Shown piece after piece: positions 21,201 to 34,395 of a stretch of 64,000 nucleotides of DNA. Within the stretch, counting starts at the first letter, position 1; every line of letters begins with the position of its first letter. The translations under genes were made by a program, and so were the position numbers. Under the pieces are notes generated by a model, which searched no databases, had not been told where the DNA came from, and worked only from the letters and a program-made list of their open reading frames with translations. Origin of the DNA: Hormiphora californensis (taxonomy: Eukaryota > Animalia > Ctenophora); contig CM035362.1 in assembly GCA_020137815.1 (NCBI GenBank), positions 310,001-374,000 on the forward strand, given 5' to 3'.

Positions 21201-23970
21201 AATGTCGTTTTCGAATTCTAACCCTGCTATGCCTTTTTACAAAGTAAAAAGACATCCGGGTGAATGCCTTCGGCATTCACCCGGGCAGGGAAAAAATTCA
21301 AAAGCCCAAAACTTAAAAACCCTGAAAATTCCACGGGACACCAAGGGGGGAGACACACTGAAGTTGGGCGCGCTCAGTCAAATCTCAACCTCGCGACACA
21401 CACTGAAGTTCGAAGTTCGAAGTTTCGCGAAAACCCATTTTCGGCTGAGAAATCATTTATAAGAGGCTAACTTATTTACTGGTACATCTCTCGAGGTGTC
21501 CTTTATCCATACCGAGTCAATTTCACCGTTTTTGAAATTTTTTGCTAATTCGGTCACAGTTGTCACAATTCACCAAAAATTTTAAAAACGGTGAAATTGA
21601 CTCGGTATGGATAAAGGACACCTCGAGAGATGTACCAGTAAATAAGTTAACCACTTACAAATGATTTCTCAGCCTAAAATGGGTTTTCGCGAAACTTCGA
21701 ACTTCGAACTTCAGTGTGTGTCGCGAGGTTGAGATTTGAACGAGCGCGCCCAACTTCAGTGTGTCTCGCCCCTAAGTTTATTATCAGGGTTGTACTCTAA
21801 CACAACTTTAAAACAACTTTAATGATATGCACGATTCAAGTTGATTATTCTACTCAATCTACTACTTTTCTACAACACGCCTTTATGGTGGGCTGAATAA
21901 ATAAAAATAGAGAAAGTTGTTGCATAAGTTATTGATCTAGACTTTTTGTATCTGATTAAAAGTACAAAAAGTAGTATCTTTTGCGCCATAATAAAATGAT
22001 TAAATAAACATCTGCAACGCGTTACAGATGCAGTTGATCAAGTAGAACGAAGAGTGGATCTGCATAACTTAATCAACTGCAGAATACAGGCGCCGTAAAG
22101 GTTCATAGATCATACACCGTAGTGATATAATGTTATGTATATTCTAACCCTAACCAGAAACACAGTCTATCTAGGCAAAAAGATAACAATGAGGATTATC
22201 AATTACCTTGATATCTATAAGACCCTCTCTAATCATGTACCTTGATATCTATAAGACCCTCTCTGATCATCTCCTTTCCCTCTGTCAGCTTGCTCCTTTT
22301 CCAGGTCCACTTCTTAGTGCTGGCATAACTAAACTTTGTACTGAAAGGTTACCAATGGTTACCAATGTGTAGCTCATACAGCATGTGAGGGTTCGGTAGC
22401 TAGATAGATGGTAGGTAGTAGGAAGATAGTTAGAAGAACACATCTAAAACTCAAACAGTATTGGCTCTCGCCTCACAATCAGTTGGTTTATAAACAATAG
22501 GAGTTTTCGTGAAAAATCATCTTATGTACACTAACATATTAATGAATTTAATACCTTTCGTATTTGTACCAGGTTGAGGCCACATCGCTCACGCTATGTC
22601 GGAGTTTTGGAAACAGCATGAAGAGAGCGTTCAGTGCTGCCGTGTCCACAGAACACATCTGGAGAATTATTTTAATTAATTTAATCAATTTTAAAATTGT
22701 ATTAGTTTTGGAGTTACCCACCGATAATCACACACGCCGGCCTGCCCCCCCCCCCTCCCCCATGGCGCCATATCGGTATTGTAACTTGTTTGTTTATCAT
22801 GTCTATTGAGAATTCGATGGAATTCAAGGTTATATATCTCAATGCCCCGATATATACCCGGACTGCGCAGTATCAGGTGGTGAGACCCAAGCCAATAATG
22901 CTGCACCGACAGAGCTGTGCATTCGAAAAAGGGGGCAACATGTGTGTATTGAGGAATCACTGTGACTCCTCAAAAATAGACACTAAGTCTACTGCTACTG
23001 CATTGAGTTACTAAACTTCTATTGATTACTTTCTGAGAAAACTGAACTTGCGAGATGTACCATGTAGATAATATCGATTATTACATTTTTTGAACGGAAA
23101 AAATTGAAACTTTGGCTATTTATACACTGTGTTAGGACACGAAGATTGAAAAGGTATAGAGGGACACAAAAAGAATGGCTGCATAATTACCTGAGCAAAC
23201 GTTTTGATATACTCAACAATAACAAATAAAACGGTTGTATCTGTCTATTACCTGAGCAAACTGGATAACGGCTGTATCAGTTTCGGGGATGGCAGTCAGG
23301 GTAGGGTTAACAATCCTCACTGGACTGGTAGTGGGCTGTGGAGAGGGGAGAGAGGGAGGAGGAGGAGAAGGTTCCAATACCATTCCCTGGGGGGGGGGGG
23401 GTAGTTGGTTAGATATAGCGAAAGTGTTCCATCGCAAGTAACCAATGTGGTGTCTATCCCTTGAACTATTCGTACTGTCTCCACGATTGGTTACGAACGG
23501 CTTGGTTACAAAGTCACCCCTTGCACGGAGGGGTAATTTCATTACCAATTGAACTATACAACCGCCGGAGTTTGGTTCACTTACAAATCACAATTATTGT
23601 GGTTAGCCTACAATTATTGTGTGTCAAGCTAATGCTCTGACCACAGTTCTTGCGTGCTCCGCTCACGAGAATGGGTCAGGCCAATGCTCTGACAGATTAT
23701 TGTAGGCTAACCGGGTGTACTTAATTACCTCGACTTTACTGATGATAGGCCGTTGGAAGGCCGAGGATCGTTCTACATTGGATTTCATTGTTTGTTCTTG
23801 TAGCTGATCCAATAGGAGGCCAATCCTGGAATTATAGTTCCAATTAGTTCAAGTTATAATCATGTGTTGAGACGTGTTATGTTGTACCTTCGGGCTGTAT
23901 TGGCCTGTATTGGTATTGCTTATCAATGTGTTTGCCTGTCTGTCTGTCTGTCTGTCTGTCTCTCTGTCTA

Positions 23971-24045
<75 letters not shown>

Positions 24046-24048
24046 ATA

Positions 24049-24085
<37 letters not shown>

Positions 24086-24817
24086 GTCTATCTGTCTGTC
24101 TGTTCGTCTATCTGTCTGGCTCTCAGTCTGTTTGTCTGTCTGTATGTTTGTTTGTCTGTCTCTCTGTCTGTCTCTCTGTCTGTCTGTCTATCTCTCTGTC
24201 TCTCTCTGTCCCTCTGTCTGTCTGTCAGTCTCTCTCTCTCTGTCTCCCTCTCTCTGTCTCCCTGTCTAACTATCTGTCTGTCTGTCTGTCTGTCTCTCTG
24301 TCTGTCTCTCTGTCTAACTCTAACTTACCTTTGAGGGTGTTTCTGAAAGATATCCTTCCAAATAGCGTGTGCTTCTCTAATGAAAGCCTCGTGATCCTAG
24401 GGAAGTGGCATTCAATGAAGGAGCAAATCAAAGTGAAGTTTAGTTAGTTATGTAGTTAGGTAGTTAATTGTGCAATCAATTGTTATCAAACATACCTTTT
24501 TAGAGCCAAGTTGCCATAGCAGATCAAGGACTTTTCGGTAATTTTGGTCGATTGGTGCTAGGACAGCGGCGGCCTCCTCTTCTTGGTTCCTTGCCCTCTT
24601 AGAGGGTGATTCTACTGATTCCTCTGGAGGTGAGGGATACCTGAGGATTGGGATAATATCATCTTGATCTCTACTAAAATTCACTAATCTGGGGAATTCT
24701 TAATTACTAATTTGGCGGAAGAGAAACAAGTAAACTTCTTGCTTCAATTCGAAGGGGTTATTTGAAAGAAAACACTTACGCTCGTTTGATTGCAATGGCA
24801 CTTTCGTCGGTGGACAT
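18208..24817 (-). CDS. Uncharacterised multi-exon protein (about 9 exons, roughly 300 aa; His-rich C-terminus)
   Basis: Phase-consistent exons on the minus strand: [13 protein letters not shown] | [13 protein letters not shown] | DHEAF..HPQR | IGLLL..SKVE | [15 protein letters not shown] | MCSVD..STC | TKFSY..IDIK | LRLDG..SSPE | QSYNL..KRNQ | [17 protein letters not shown]. No family recognised. Confidence 0.7.
18337..18493. repeat. 33-bp tandem repeat overlapping a splice acceptor
   Basis: About 5 copies of ATCTGAGAGGTGGGTTGGTTGTTAGGGAAA(T/C)G(C/T). Confidence 0.85.
18528..20390. mobile_element. Non-autonomous Transib-like foldback DNA transposon in an intron
   Basis: Termini CACAGTGGCCTTTT / AAAAGGCCACTGTG, perfect 5-bp TSD GGTTG, roughly 700-850 bp inverted arms with about 125-bp subterminal repeats (3 left, 2 right), no transposase ORF. 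Confidence 0.85.
21345..21772. mobile_element. Foldback MITE (about 200-bp arms) in an intron
   Basis: GGGGxGAGACACACTGAAGTTGGGCGCGCTC... inverted at both ends with a short spacer. Confidence 0.75.
23936..24315. repeat. (CTGT)n microsatellite
   Basis: Direct reading. Confidence 0.95.
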
Positions 24818-25460
24818 TTTGATAGGAAGCTTGGATTTAAAAAAGTTTTTGACAAAAACTTTTTAGGGGATTATTCTGAGTAAGTACTGCATCTGGCAAT
24901 TGGAGCTGAGTATATCTATTTAACCACTCACCAGTAACTAATAAACCGATTATGTAAGAGATTTACCCGCTTCTTCGCAAATCCTTTAATTCCCCCATCG
25001 GTAAAAGTTAAATATGATTCAACTTTATTGGGTAGGAGCATATACTGGCCAATTAAACTAAGTAGGCAGAGAGAGGGAACAACAACAACAAGAGAGAGGG
25101 AAGGGAAGGGAAACATATATTAAATTAAAATCCACAAGGAACAATGCTCTGATCCAGTTGGCTAAAATTCCTCTAAAACTTAGACATATATTATACTGCA
25201 CGTCGCAGTGTCGCTACTAAATAATATATTTAGAAAGATAAGTAAGACGAAAACAAGATATATGTTTCCATGTTAAGATTTTAAAGAAGTATTTCATCTC
25301 TATTTCTTGCAGTTTCTTAATCTTTTTTCTCCATGACCATTTTTAATATCTAATCCTTCCTCTCAATCTTTTTATATTTCAAAAGATCAAGCCAGAAAGA
25401 CTATTTTTATATACTAAGTTGGTTATGATAGACATAGTAGTCCAAGAGAAATATCAAATA

Positions 25461-26218
25461 ACGGGTGACAACTAAAAATCTGGACCAGTTTCTGTGAGCT
25501 CTAGCGCCGGGCCCCGTTGAGATACGCTTCAGGCCAGGATAGAACGATTTTTTCAGAAATTTTGAATCAGAAAACAAACGGGAAAAACTAAAAAGTAATT
25601 TTCATGGCGATATCGCATCATTTCTCTTGACCCACCAAAGGCATGTAGTACTTGAAATTTACACACGTTTCTAGAACCTTCTACGCCATGTTCTTTTAGA
25701 TACAGGCTTCGGCGCAGCGATAGTAGAATGATTTTTCAGACAATTTTGAACGAAATAACTGTGTTTCACACTCCGTAACTCAATTCTAATCACAGAATCA
25801 TCTGTAACAAACCCTTCCAAAGGTAGTTCCAGGTAATTTGAGAAATCGCCATTTTGACGATCTCTCGAAACATTTATGACGTGGAAAACCAACTTCCCGA
25901 TAAGCTAAAATGATGAAACTTGGCAGTTATGTTGATTATGGCATGAACAACCATTATTTCAAATTTGAGAATTTTATCTCATCGGGAAGGTCGTTTCTGA
26001 TCACACAGAAATCTCAAATCTCCGTACACATGCTTTGGTGGGTCAAGAGGAAATGATGCGATAACGCAATGAAAATGAACTTTTTAGTTTTTTCCGTAGT
26101 GTTATTCTGATTCAAAATTGTCTGAAAAATCGTTCTAGCTCAGGCCTGAAGATGTATCTCAAGCGGGGCCGGCGCTAGAGCTCACAGAAAATTGTCCAGA
26201 TTTTTAGTTGTCACCCGT
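25461..26218. mobile_element. Tc1/mariner-like MITE
   Basis: TIR ACGGGTGACAACTAAAAATCTGGAC... (about 190 bp, imperfect), flanked by TA on both sides. Confidence 0.75.
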
Positions 26219-27932
26219 TAAGAACTAGGAGACAATATGGTCTTAGAATTGAGAAACGGGGTTAGCAGTGTACCACTTTACTACCAGGAAACCACCAAAT
26301 ACAAGGTTAGAGGTGGATTCAGGTCCAAATAAGTGGGGGTGGCATGGCCGACGGTCTTGTTCACATTTTGACAAAATGCGGCGACGGTATCGCGAAGCTG
26401 GAGGAGCATTGGCAGGGGGTTTGGGGCACACAATGTGGCCAGGGAACAAATTTTTAGTTTTTTTGGCCGATTCTTAGCATTTTTAACCAACTCTAAGCAC
26501 TCAAAAGCCAAATTTTAGTAGTGAAGAGTTATTTTGAGATCTATCTGGTTGAAGTTCATAGCAGATAAAGATCACGGTGCCACCTGACATAACCGCGTGA
26601 AATAACATAGAATCTGTGAGTTCAAGGTACAGGAGTGAGACATCAATACCGCGGTATCAGCTCGATATTATCAATTGTAGCACATTGCAAGTCAGCTGAT
26701 GAATAAACTGCTGCAGGCCCGCATTATCAATGATGATGCGGGGCTGCATCATGATTCATGTGTTACTTGTCTTACTGCGTGCTACAATGATGTTATCGAA
26801 TATATAGAAAGTCTAACTAAGCTACAGGGAATTCTAACTAATATAAGCTACATTATATATGATATATAATATAAGAGTTGACCAGCTTTGCGGGGGGAAA
26901 AGAGGGCGTGTGTGTGCGTGGGTAGCATACCCTGATTTGTTATTCAACAAAATACAACAAATTCTGGTATTATATGGGGGAGAAGTCCTGTTAGGCATAC
27001 TATATTTGTGATGAACATGGGATGAATATAGATAGCTGGTGTGTTCAGGTTCTGTCTTAAAGACATACTGAAGAGGGAAATTTTCCATTTGCCGCATACA
27101 ACGTCTAGACGGTGTAGCAACGGTGTCTAGACGGGTTTTGATAAAATCCGCTAAAAACGGCATAAAATTGATTGAGACGGGGTAAAAACGTGCTTGATCA
27201 AGCTTGAGACGGATTATACATAGACTGTATTAGACGTCGTTGCGACGGGTCTCAGACAACGTCTGGAAGGTGTCTAGTCTAGACTGTACCGTCACGATAC
27301 ATCTAGACGGTGTCTAAACGTTGTCTAAAGTGCGTTTCAAACGACTTGACCTGAGATTCCTGGAAATTCAGGATTCCCCTTTGTAAATACACGCGCAATG
27401 CGCCAAATTCCAAGAATTACGGGTCAAGTCGCTTGAAACGGACTTTAGACGGTGTCGTCGTGAAGTTGAGACTGAAAATTTTACTAAGAGTTGAGACGGA
27501 CTTTTACAAGGAAATTTTTCTTTTACCGCTAACAACGTCTAGACGGTGTAGCAACGGTGTCTAGACGGTATACTGTCTGATTTTCAGACGGGGTTGTAAA
27601 ATCCTGTCTCAACTTCGCGACAACACCGTCTAGACAACGTTTAGACGTTTAGATGTATCGTGACGGTACAGTCTAGACACCGTCAGACGCTCTGTCATTT
27701 ATATATTTTAAGACGCTTTTTTTAAAGACGCTTTTTGAAAATTCCACCCCCTGGACCCTGAAATATTGGAATTGGAGCAATAACCATGGATTGCATTTAA
27801 ATCTTCTCGGAAGTCTGGCAGTATATCAGCAGCTATTTTGTGCTATCTTGATTAAGAAACACTCAAACATGACACACTCAAACATGACACACCCAAACAT
27901 GAACCACACCTCTGTCACACTATCACTTTTTA

Positions 27933-28749
27933 GTTAGGAACACTATTGGTGCGCGGTCGTGCCCACGGAAGGAGTGCTTGGATCATCTTGAAACAGGTTT
28001 TAAGTTAACTAATGCATATCCAAAAGTGTCTGTAGCCATTTGGGTGATGTTCTGACAATCCAATCACGAGTTATGACGAAAAAACAGTCAAAAAAGACGT
28101 TTTAAAGTGACAAAAAGGAGGATCTGAACACAGCCCTTATATGAAGGGTTGGGGCTATGAAACTTCTTGAGTGGACAGAGAATCGTCCAAATTTGCAGTG
28201 CCAACTTTGGAATAGTTTCTATCTTTTGTAGTTATCTAATTAGAGCCGTTCAAACATGTGAGACGATCTGCAAAACAGGGTGATTTGGTACTGTTTCCGC
28301 CCCATATTGCTTGCTCTCACCGCTTGTATGCTTTAATCTGCTCTCTAATTGGGTAAATCTCGTCAAGTGATCACTTCACAAGCAAAAATACCTAGTATTA
28401 GAGGCCCCTGCAGCATCGTCTCACATGTTTAAACGGCTCTAATTAGATAACTACAAAAGATAGAAACTATTCCAAAGTTGGCACTGCAAATTTGGACGAT
28501 TCTCTGTCCACTCAAGAAGTTTCATAGCCCCAACCCTTCATATAAGGGCTGTGTTCAGATCCTCCTTTTTGTCACTTTAAAACGTCTTTTTTGACTGTTT
28601 TTTCGTCATAACTCGTGATTGGATTGTCAGAACATCACCCAAATAGCTACAGACACTTTTGGATATGCATTAGTTAACTTAAAACCGGTTTCAAGATGAT
28701 CCAAGCACTCCTTCAGTGGGCACGACCGCGCACCAATAGTGTTCCTAAC
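27933..28749. mobile_element. Foldback element, about 335-bp near-perfect arms, TA flanks
   Basis: GTTAGGAACACTATTGGTGCGCGG... and ...CCGCGCACCAATAGTGTTCCTAAC. Confidence 0.75.
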
Positions 28750-29214
28750 TATTTTACAATGTTGTAGGGCGCATCGTCCCGACTGTATGCCGACAGGTTC
28801 CGCGCGCGGAGTGTACAATGTACTTTCCGCGCAGTACATTTTGTGTATAGTTTGAGTTGTTGTATGTGACAGTTCAAATATTCAAATAATAGGATTTGGC
28901 AGGTTTTATTGGTGTAGTACTGGCGTCCCTGTACCCTCATGAACAGGACCTCTCAAAAGTTGTCTCAGTGGTGTCTCACCCCTTGCTCAACAAAGCAGAA
29001 GGGAACCCTAATTGCCTCGCTGCTCTGACCGCAGTTCTCGCGCCTATTTGAAGAAATGAGAATAGGGTCAGGCCAATGCTCTGACAGTGCCTCACTGAGT
29101 TGTGTTTATGTGTACTAAAGGGTACTACACCGCATGAGAACCTAACCTTTAAGTCAAAGAACGTCGAAACTCGACATTATTATTATGATCATATAGCATC
29201 CATCAATAAACGAA

Positions 29215-32195
29215 GACATTATATAGCCGAATTTTTAACTAAGGGGAAACTCTAACTGAGGGTCACCACACACCAAAGTTAAAATTAAAATTAAAATTTT
29301 GATTTTAAACCCGCACACACCAGCGGCCGTTAAAATTTCTCTCCCCATTCTAAAAGTAACAATCTCACGCACGATTTTGACGGTCGCGTTATGCCACTCT
29401 TAGCCTTATATTTATCAATCATTGCCTATCTTGTACTATGGTCTATGTGCCTACAATTTTTAGCTAAGGGACTTTGTTTCAAACTTTATTTCAAACGCAC
29501 ATCCGGTTCCTGATGACTGATGAGATCCCGATGAGATATAGACTTGAATTTTGGAGGTTGGGTTTCAACTTTCAAGTCTCTATCTCATCAGAAACATGAG
29601 ATATGTGCGATTGAAATAAGGTCCCTTAGGGGAAACTCTAACTGAATGGCATCCCATTAATGGGATCCCATCAACAGTAAAACTCTAACTGATAATGGAC
29701 CACAGTGATGGTTCTTTCTCTGTATTCTCTCTGTGTGCGCGCCCGCGCCCGGGCATGCCCAATGTACTGATTGATTGATTGATTGACTGCCTACAGAGAG
29801 AATACAGAGAAAGAACCATCACTGTGGTCCATTATCAGGGCGCGATCACACTAAGATCTTCGAAAGAATTCTTTCGAAGCACCAAACTCAATCACACTAA
29901 AATGCTTCGTTTGGTTCTTGCGCGCAGATGGCTGTTGTATGCTTTTCACTGTCCTCAGAGTCAAAAACTAGCAATAGACATACGCGCGCAAGAACCAAAC
30001 GAAGCATTTTAGTGTGATTGGGTTTGGTGCTTCGAAAGAATTCTTTCGACGATCTTGGTGTGATCGCGCCCTCAGTTAGAGTTTTACTGTTGATGGGATC
30101 CCATTAATGGGATGCCATTCAGTTAGAGTTTCCCCTAAGGGACCTTATTTCAATCGCACATATCTCATGTTTCTGATGAGATAGAGACTTGAAAGTTGAA
30201 ACCCAACCTCCAAAATTCAAGTCTATATCTCATCGGGATCTCATCAGTCATCAGGAACCGGATGTGCGTTTGAAATAAAGTTTGAAACAAAGTCCCTTAG
30301 CTAAAAATTGTAGGCACATAGACCATAGTACAAGATAGGCAATGATTGATACATATAAGGCTAACAGTGCAGTGGTGCTTCATCAAATTGCCAAATTGGC
30401 CGCATGCAATATGTGTAAACCGTTGCCTTCGTGCGGTCTATATTGTCTATGACACGTTCCGCCAACATTGATCGCTGAACCACGACGTAGGCAACGTTGT
30501 GTGGGGGCGCCAATATGACGGAGCACCACTGTTATTTGTGAATATGCGAGGAGGCCCCTTCTAGACTAGAAACTATGCAATGTTGAGGGGGCCTATTTTC
30601 CTGGAAACACGCTCAATTTAGTAGAATGCACCCAAGCAGAAACCCCAATCTTTTCTCGCTCTCTAATTATTCATGATTATAATGTCAATTATGAAGTCAT
30701 CAGTAGCTACCAGAAATTAACGTCTTAAGGCTTAGATTTTGATACTAGCTGATAGGGGACCACTAGATTATTGGGCATAAAAAATTTCAGGCGTGACCTG
30801 AAATTTTTTTTTATTCCCACGACCGGTTCTCTAATTATTAATTAGAGAACGAGAAACGATTGGGAGCTCTGCTTGGGTGAATTTTACTCAGGAGAGGGTC
30901 GTCTTGAAAAAGGAAATTTTAAAATCCCTGACATCACCTGAAACTATCGCGTCGTCCCTACTAATTATCAGGGGGTTGTGGTATAATATTATACCGTATA
31001 GAACCTTGGTGACGCGGTCACCCCTACACTAGGGCCGCGCGATGGGACATTATATAGCCGAATTTTTAACTAAGGGGAAACTCTAACTGAGGGTCACCAC
31101 ACACCAAAGTTAAAATTAAAATTAAAATTTTGATTTTAAACCCGCACACACCAGCGGCCGTTAAAATTTCTCTCCCCATTCTAAAAGTAACAATCTCACG
31201 CACGATTTTGACGGTCGCGTTATGCCACTCTTAGCCTTATATTTATCACTGTGGTCCATTATCAGTTAGAGTTTTACTGTTGATGGGATCCCATTAATGG
31301 GATGCCATTCAGTTAGAGTTTCCCCTAAGGGACCTTATTTCAATCGCACATATCTCATGTTTCTGATGAGATAGAGACTTGAAAGTTGAAACCCAACCTC
31401 CAAAATTCAAGTCTATATCTCATCGGGATCTCATCAGTCATCAGGAACCGGATGTGCGTTTGAAATAAAGTTTGAAACAAAGTCCCTTAGCTAAAAATTG
31501 TAGGCACATAGACCATAGTACAAGATAGGCAATGATTGATAAATATAAGGCTAACAGTGCAGTGGTGCTTCGTCAAATTGCCAAATTGGCCGCATGCAAT
31601 ATGTGTAAACCATTGCCTTCGTGCGGTCTATGTTGTCTATGACGCGTTCCGCCAACATTGATCGCTGAACCACGACGTAGGCAACGTTGTGTGGGGGCGC
31701 CAATATGACGGAGCACCACTGTTATTTGTGAATATGCGAGGGGCCCCCCTTCTAGACTAGAAACTATGCAATGTTGAGGGGGCCTATTTTCCTGGAAACA
31801 CGCTCAATTTAGTAGAATGCACCCAAGCAGAAACCCCAATCTTTTCTCGCTCTCTAATTATTCATGATTATAATGTCAATTATGAAGTCATCAGTAGCTA
31901 CCAGAAATTAACGTCTTAAGGCTTAGATTTTGATACTAGCTGATAGGGGACCACTAGATTATTGGGCATAAAAAATTTCAGGCGCGACCTGAAATTTTTT
32001 ATTCCCACGACCGGTTCTCTAATTATTAATTAGAGAACGAGAAACGATTGGGAGCTCTGCTTGGGTGCATTTTACTCAGGAGAGGGTCGTCTTGAAAAAG
32101 AAAATTTTAAAGTCCCTGACATCACCTGAAACTATCGCGTCGTCTGATAATAATTATCAGGGGTTGTGGTATACTACTATACCGTATAATAGAAC
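29215..32195. repeat. Tandem duplication of a palindrome-containing unit (29215-31005 and 31046-32195)
   Basis: Near-identical direct copies. Copy 1 contains a roughly 1-kb palindrome (29395-30370). Confidence 0.85.
29838..30071. mobile_element. Harbinger-type MITE inserted in a larger palindrome
   Basis: TIR GGGCGCGATCACAC, TCA TSD. The empty site is present in the duplicate copy at about 31256-31270. Confidence 0.85.
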
Positions 32196-34395
32196 CCACG
32201 CCCAGGTAATCATGTGCCCTGATAAGTGCACAGCTTTTCGTGTGAGGTCGAGAATTCGGCGGATAGGCCGCCGCCGCGGGTATGAGAGAGTTTGGTGGTT
32301 TATATATAGGGAAACTCAATCAAAATAGCTCTCACTCTTCGGCCCGATTTGAGAGCCGATAGACTGGGAACATTTCAAGTTTTGTCATAGATTGACCTCT
32401 CTAATGAGATGGAGTTAGGAAGACATGATCTTCCTAACCTCTGAACCTCAGATGGTCAAAAGGTCATGTCGAGTACTTTCAATCTTCCAATGTCAAGGAC
32501 TCACAGATACCATGGCTGTGAGTCTCTCACAGCCATGGTATCTGTAAATCTCCCAGCTAAAATATCAAATCCGCATCACAAACTGCCTGGCGCCTGCAAA
32601 CTATAGTAACCCAGCAATATTCACTACGCTACGTTTGACACGAGATAGATAGAGACACATTAGAGACGCGATATAACATTCCCATCATAAGAGGGACATT
32701 ATATAATATGTTTGAGGTTACCGTTGTATGTTGAGGGGCCTCACTATAGGAAAAATAAGTTCTTGAATTATTATAAAAATTGCATAATATGCACACATTA
32801 CATCCGGTAACAGCTACAAATACATGACCAGACCCTTTAACTGTGATAGACTTTGCTACTAGGCTACTAGGCTACTAGGCTCACTGAGTTTTTACAAAGG
32901 GGGGCCGGGGGTCATTTACAACTACATGACCCCCCTCCCAGGAGGGGGGGGGGCTCCTTTAATAAAACTCAGTGAGCGTAGTAGTAGTAGCCTAGTCTAT
33001 CTTGTTGATTACTCAACAAAGTCTATCAGATAAAGGTCTGGCCTCTGGGTCTGTACTCTGTATAATACAGCATCGAGGGTCTAGCGACCGGTTGGTAGTT
33101 GACATGGTGGTCAGTAGGCCAGTTTCGTACTATGTGGTCAAAACGCGAGGGCTGGGGTCATTGACCCTTCGTCGCATTCATTTCTTCATTCTTGAGTAAC
33201 AATAACTGCAGTTATTGCTACTCGACAAATCTGCAGACCCCATTTTGATTCTTAAAACAATAATGCACTCAGGCCGGATCGGCACCGCCAGATGAAGTGC
33301 CGATTTCAACATCGGCACAGCTGTTATACATGTATATTGTTATAGGCCAGTAGATTCAACAAATGGTAAACAAGGGTATTTTAAGTGATAAGAATGGGCT
33401 AAGAAAATTACAGATTATACTTTCTCTCTGGCAAAATAATAAACACACGGTCCTCTCACCTCTCTCCCTCACATAATGGCGACTCAGTAATACAGTGGGA
33501 CAGCATATATTATAACCCCGCACTTAGTAGAGCATAGCAAATCACGTGTTCTTGAACCGCGCCCTGGTCAAATAAGGGATACCACGTGATAGTAGTATCT
33601 CACTCTCTCTCAACAACCAATAATAGTATCAGCCCCACTCTCAATAATACCGGTATTAATAACAGAAATACTTGTATTATATCAGCCTCATTCAACATCA
33701 AATCACGGTAGACAGTGCGGCGTCGGGTTATAATTTTTATTTGGTTACCCCTCGTTTGGGGTCTCCACATGAAATACAGTGGATACAAGGTACTATTATT
33801 CATTCTCTCTCTATTATTCATAGGGTGGGCATCTACCAGAATATGATTCACTCTCTCGCTTTCTTTTTCTCTCTCTCTCTCTCTCCCTCTCTCACTCTCT
33901 CTTCAGTAGCACGGGATTCCTTTTGGTAATTGGCTGTTGAGTAAAAGGGCGGTTCTGACCCCCTCCCTCAACAAATATTTGGGGGATATTTGGTATTTGG
34001 GAAGGAGAGGGTAAATTACTGTATCGCAATTCGCAGCGAGGGACTATATCTCTCTCACACAAAACATTTCAAAACCCTTCAGATCTCAATTACATACTCG
34101 CATTTGTTGAATATATATATGTATATATGTATAACATTTGGCCGATTTATACCACCATACATTGCATGACTGTTCTAGTGTGAGATACTATGCTGAATTT
34201 CCTCATCATCACAAACGAAATTATTCAAATTACTGTCTCATATCTCCCTCAAAAACACCACCACCACAACTGGGTCTTGGTATGTTCAGTTTTGATATTA
34301 TATGATCATGAATCAACAGTCTTTTCTATATCTCTCTCTCTCCCTCCATGGTGACTCGAAGGTGACTCGTGTTGAGCTAGGTAGCGATGATTTCT

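Noticed and set aside
21795-21825. Possible spliced-leader RNA gene (AACACAACTTTAAAACAA)
   Set aside because: Only loose similarity to a remembered leader, with no following donor or Sm-site structure.
23621-23695. Repeat-spacer-repeat layout reminiscent of a mini-CRISPR
   Set aside because: Eukaryotic context, only two repeats per locus, related spacers, TSDs present and no cas genes.
18528-28749. Autonomous transposase genes in the foldback elements
   Set aside because: No long ORF or DDE motif in any of them.
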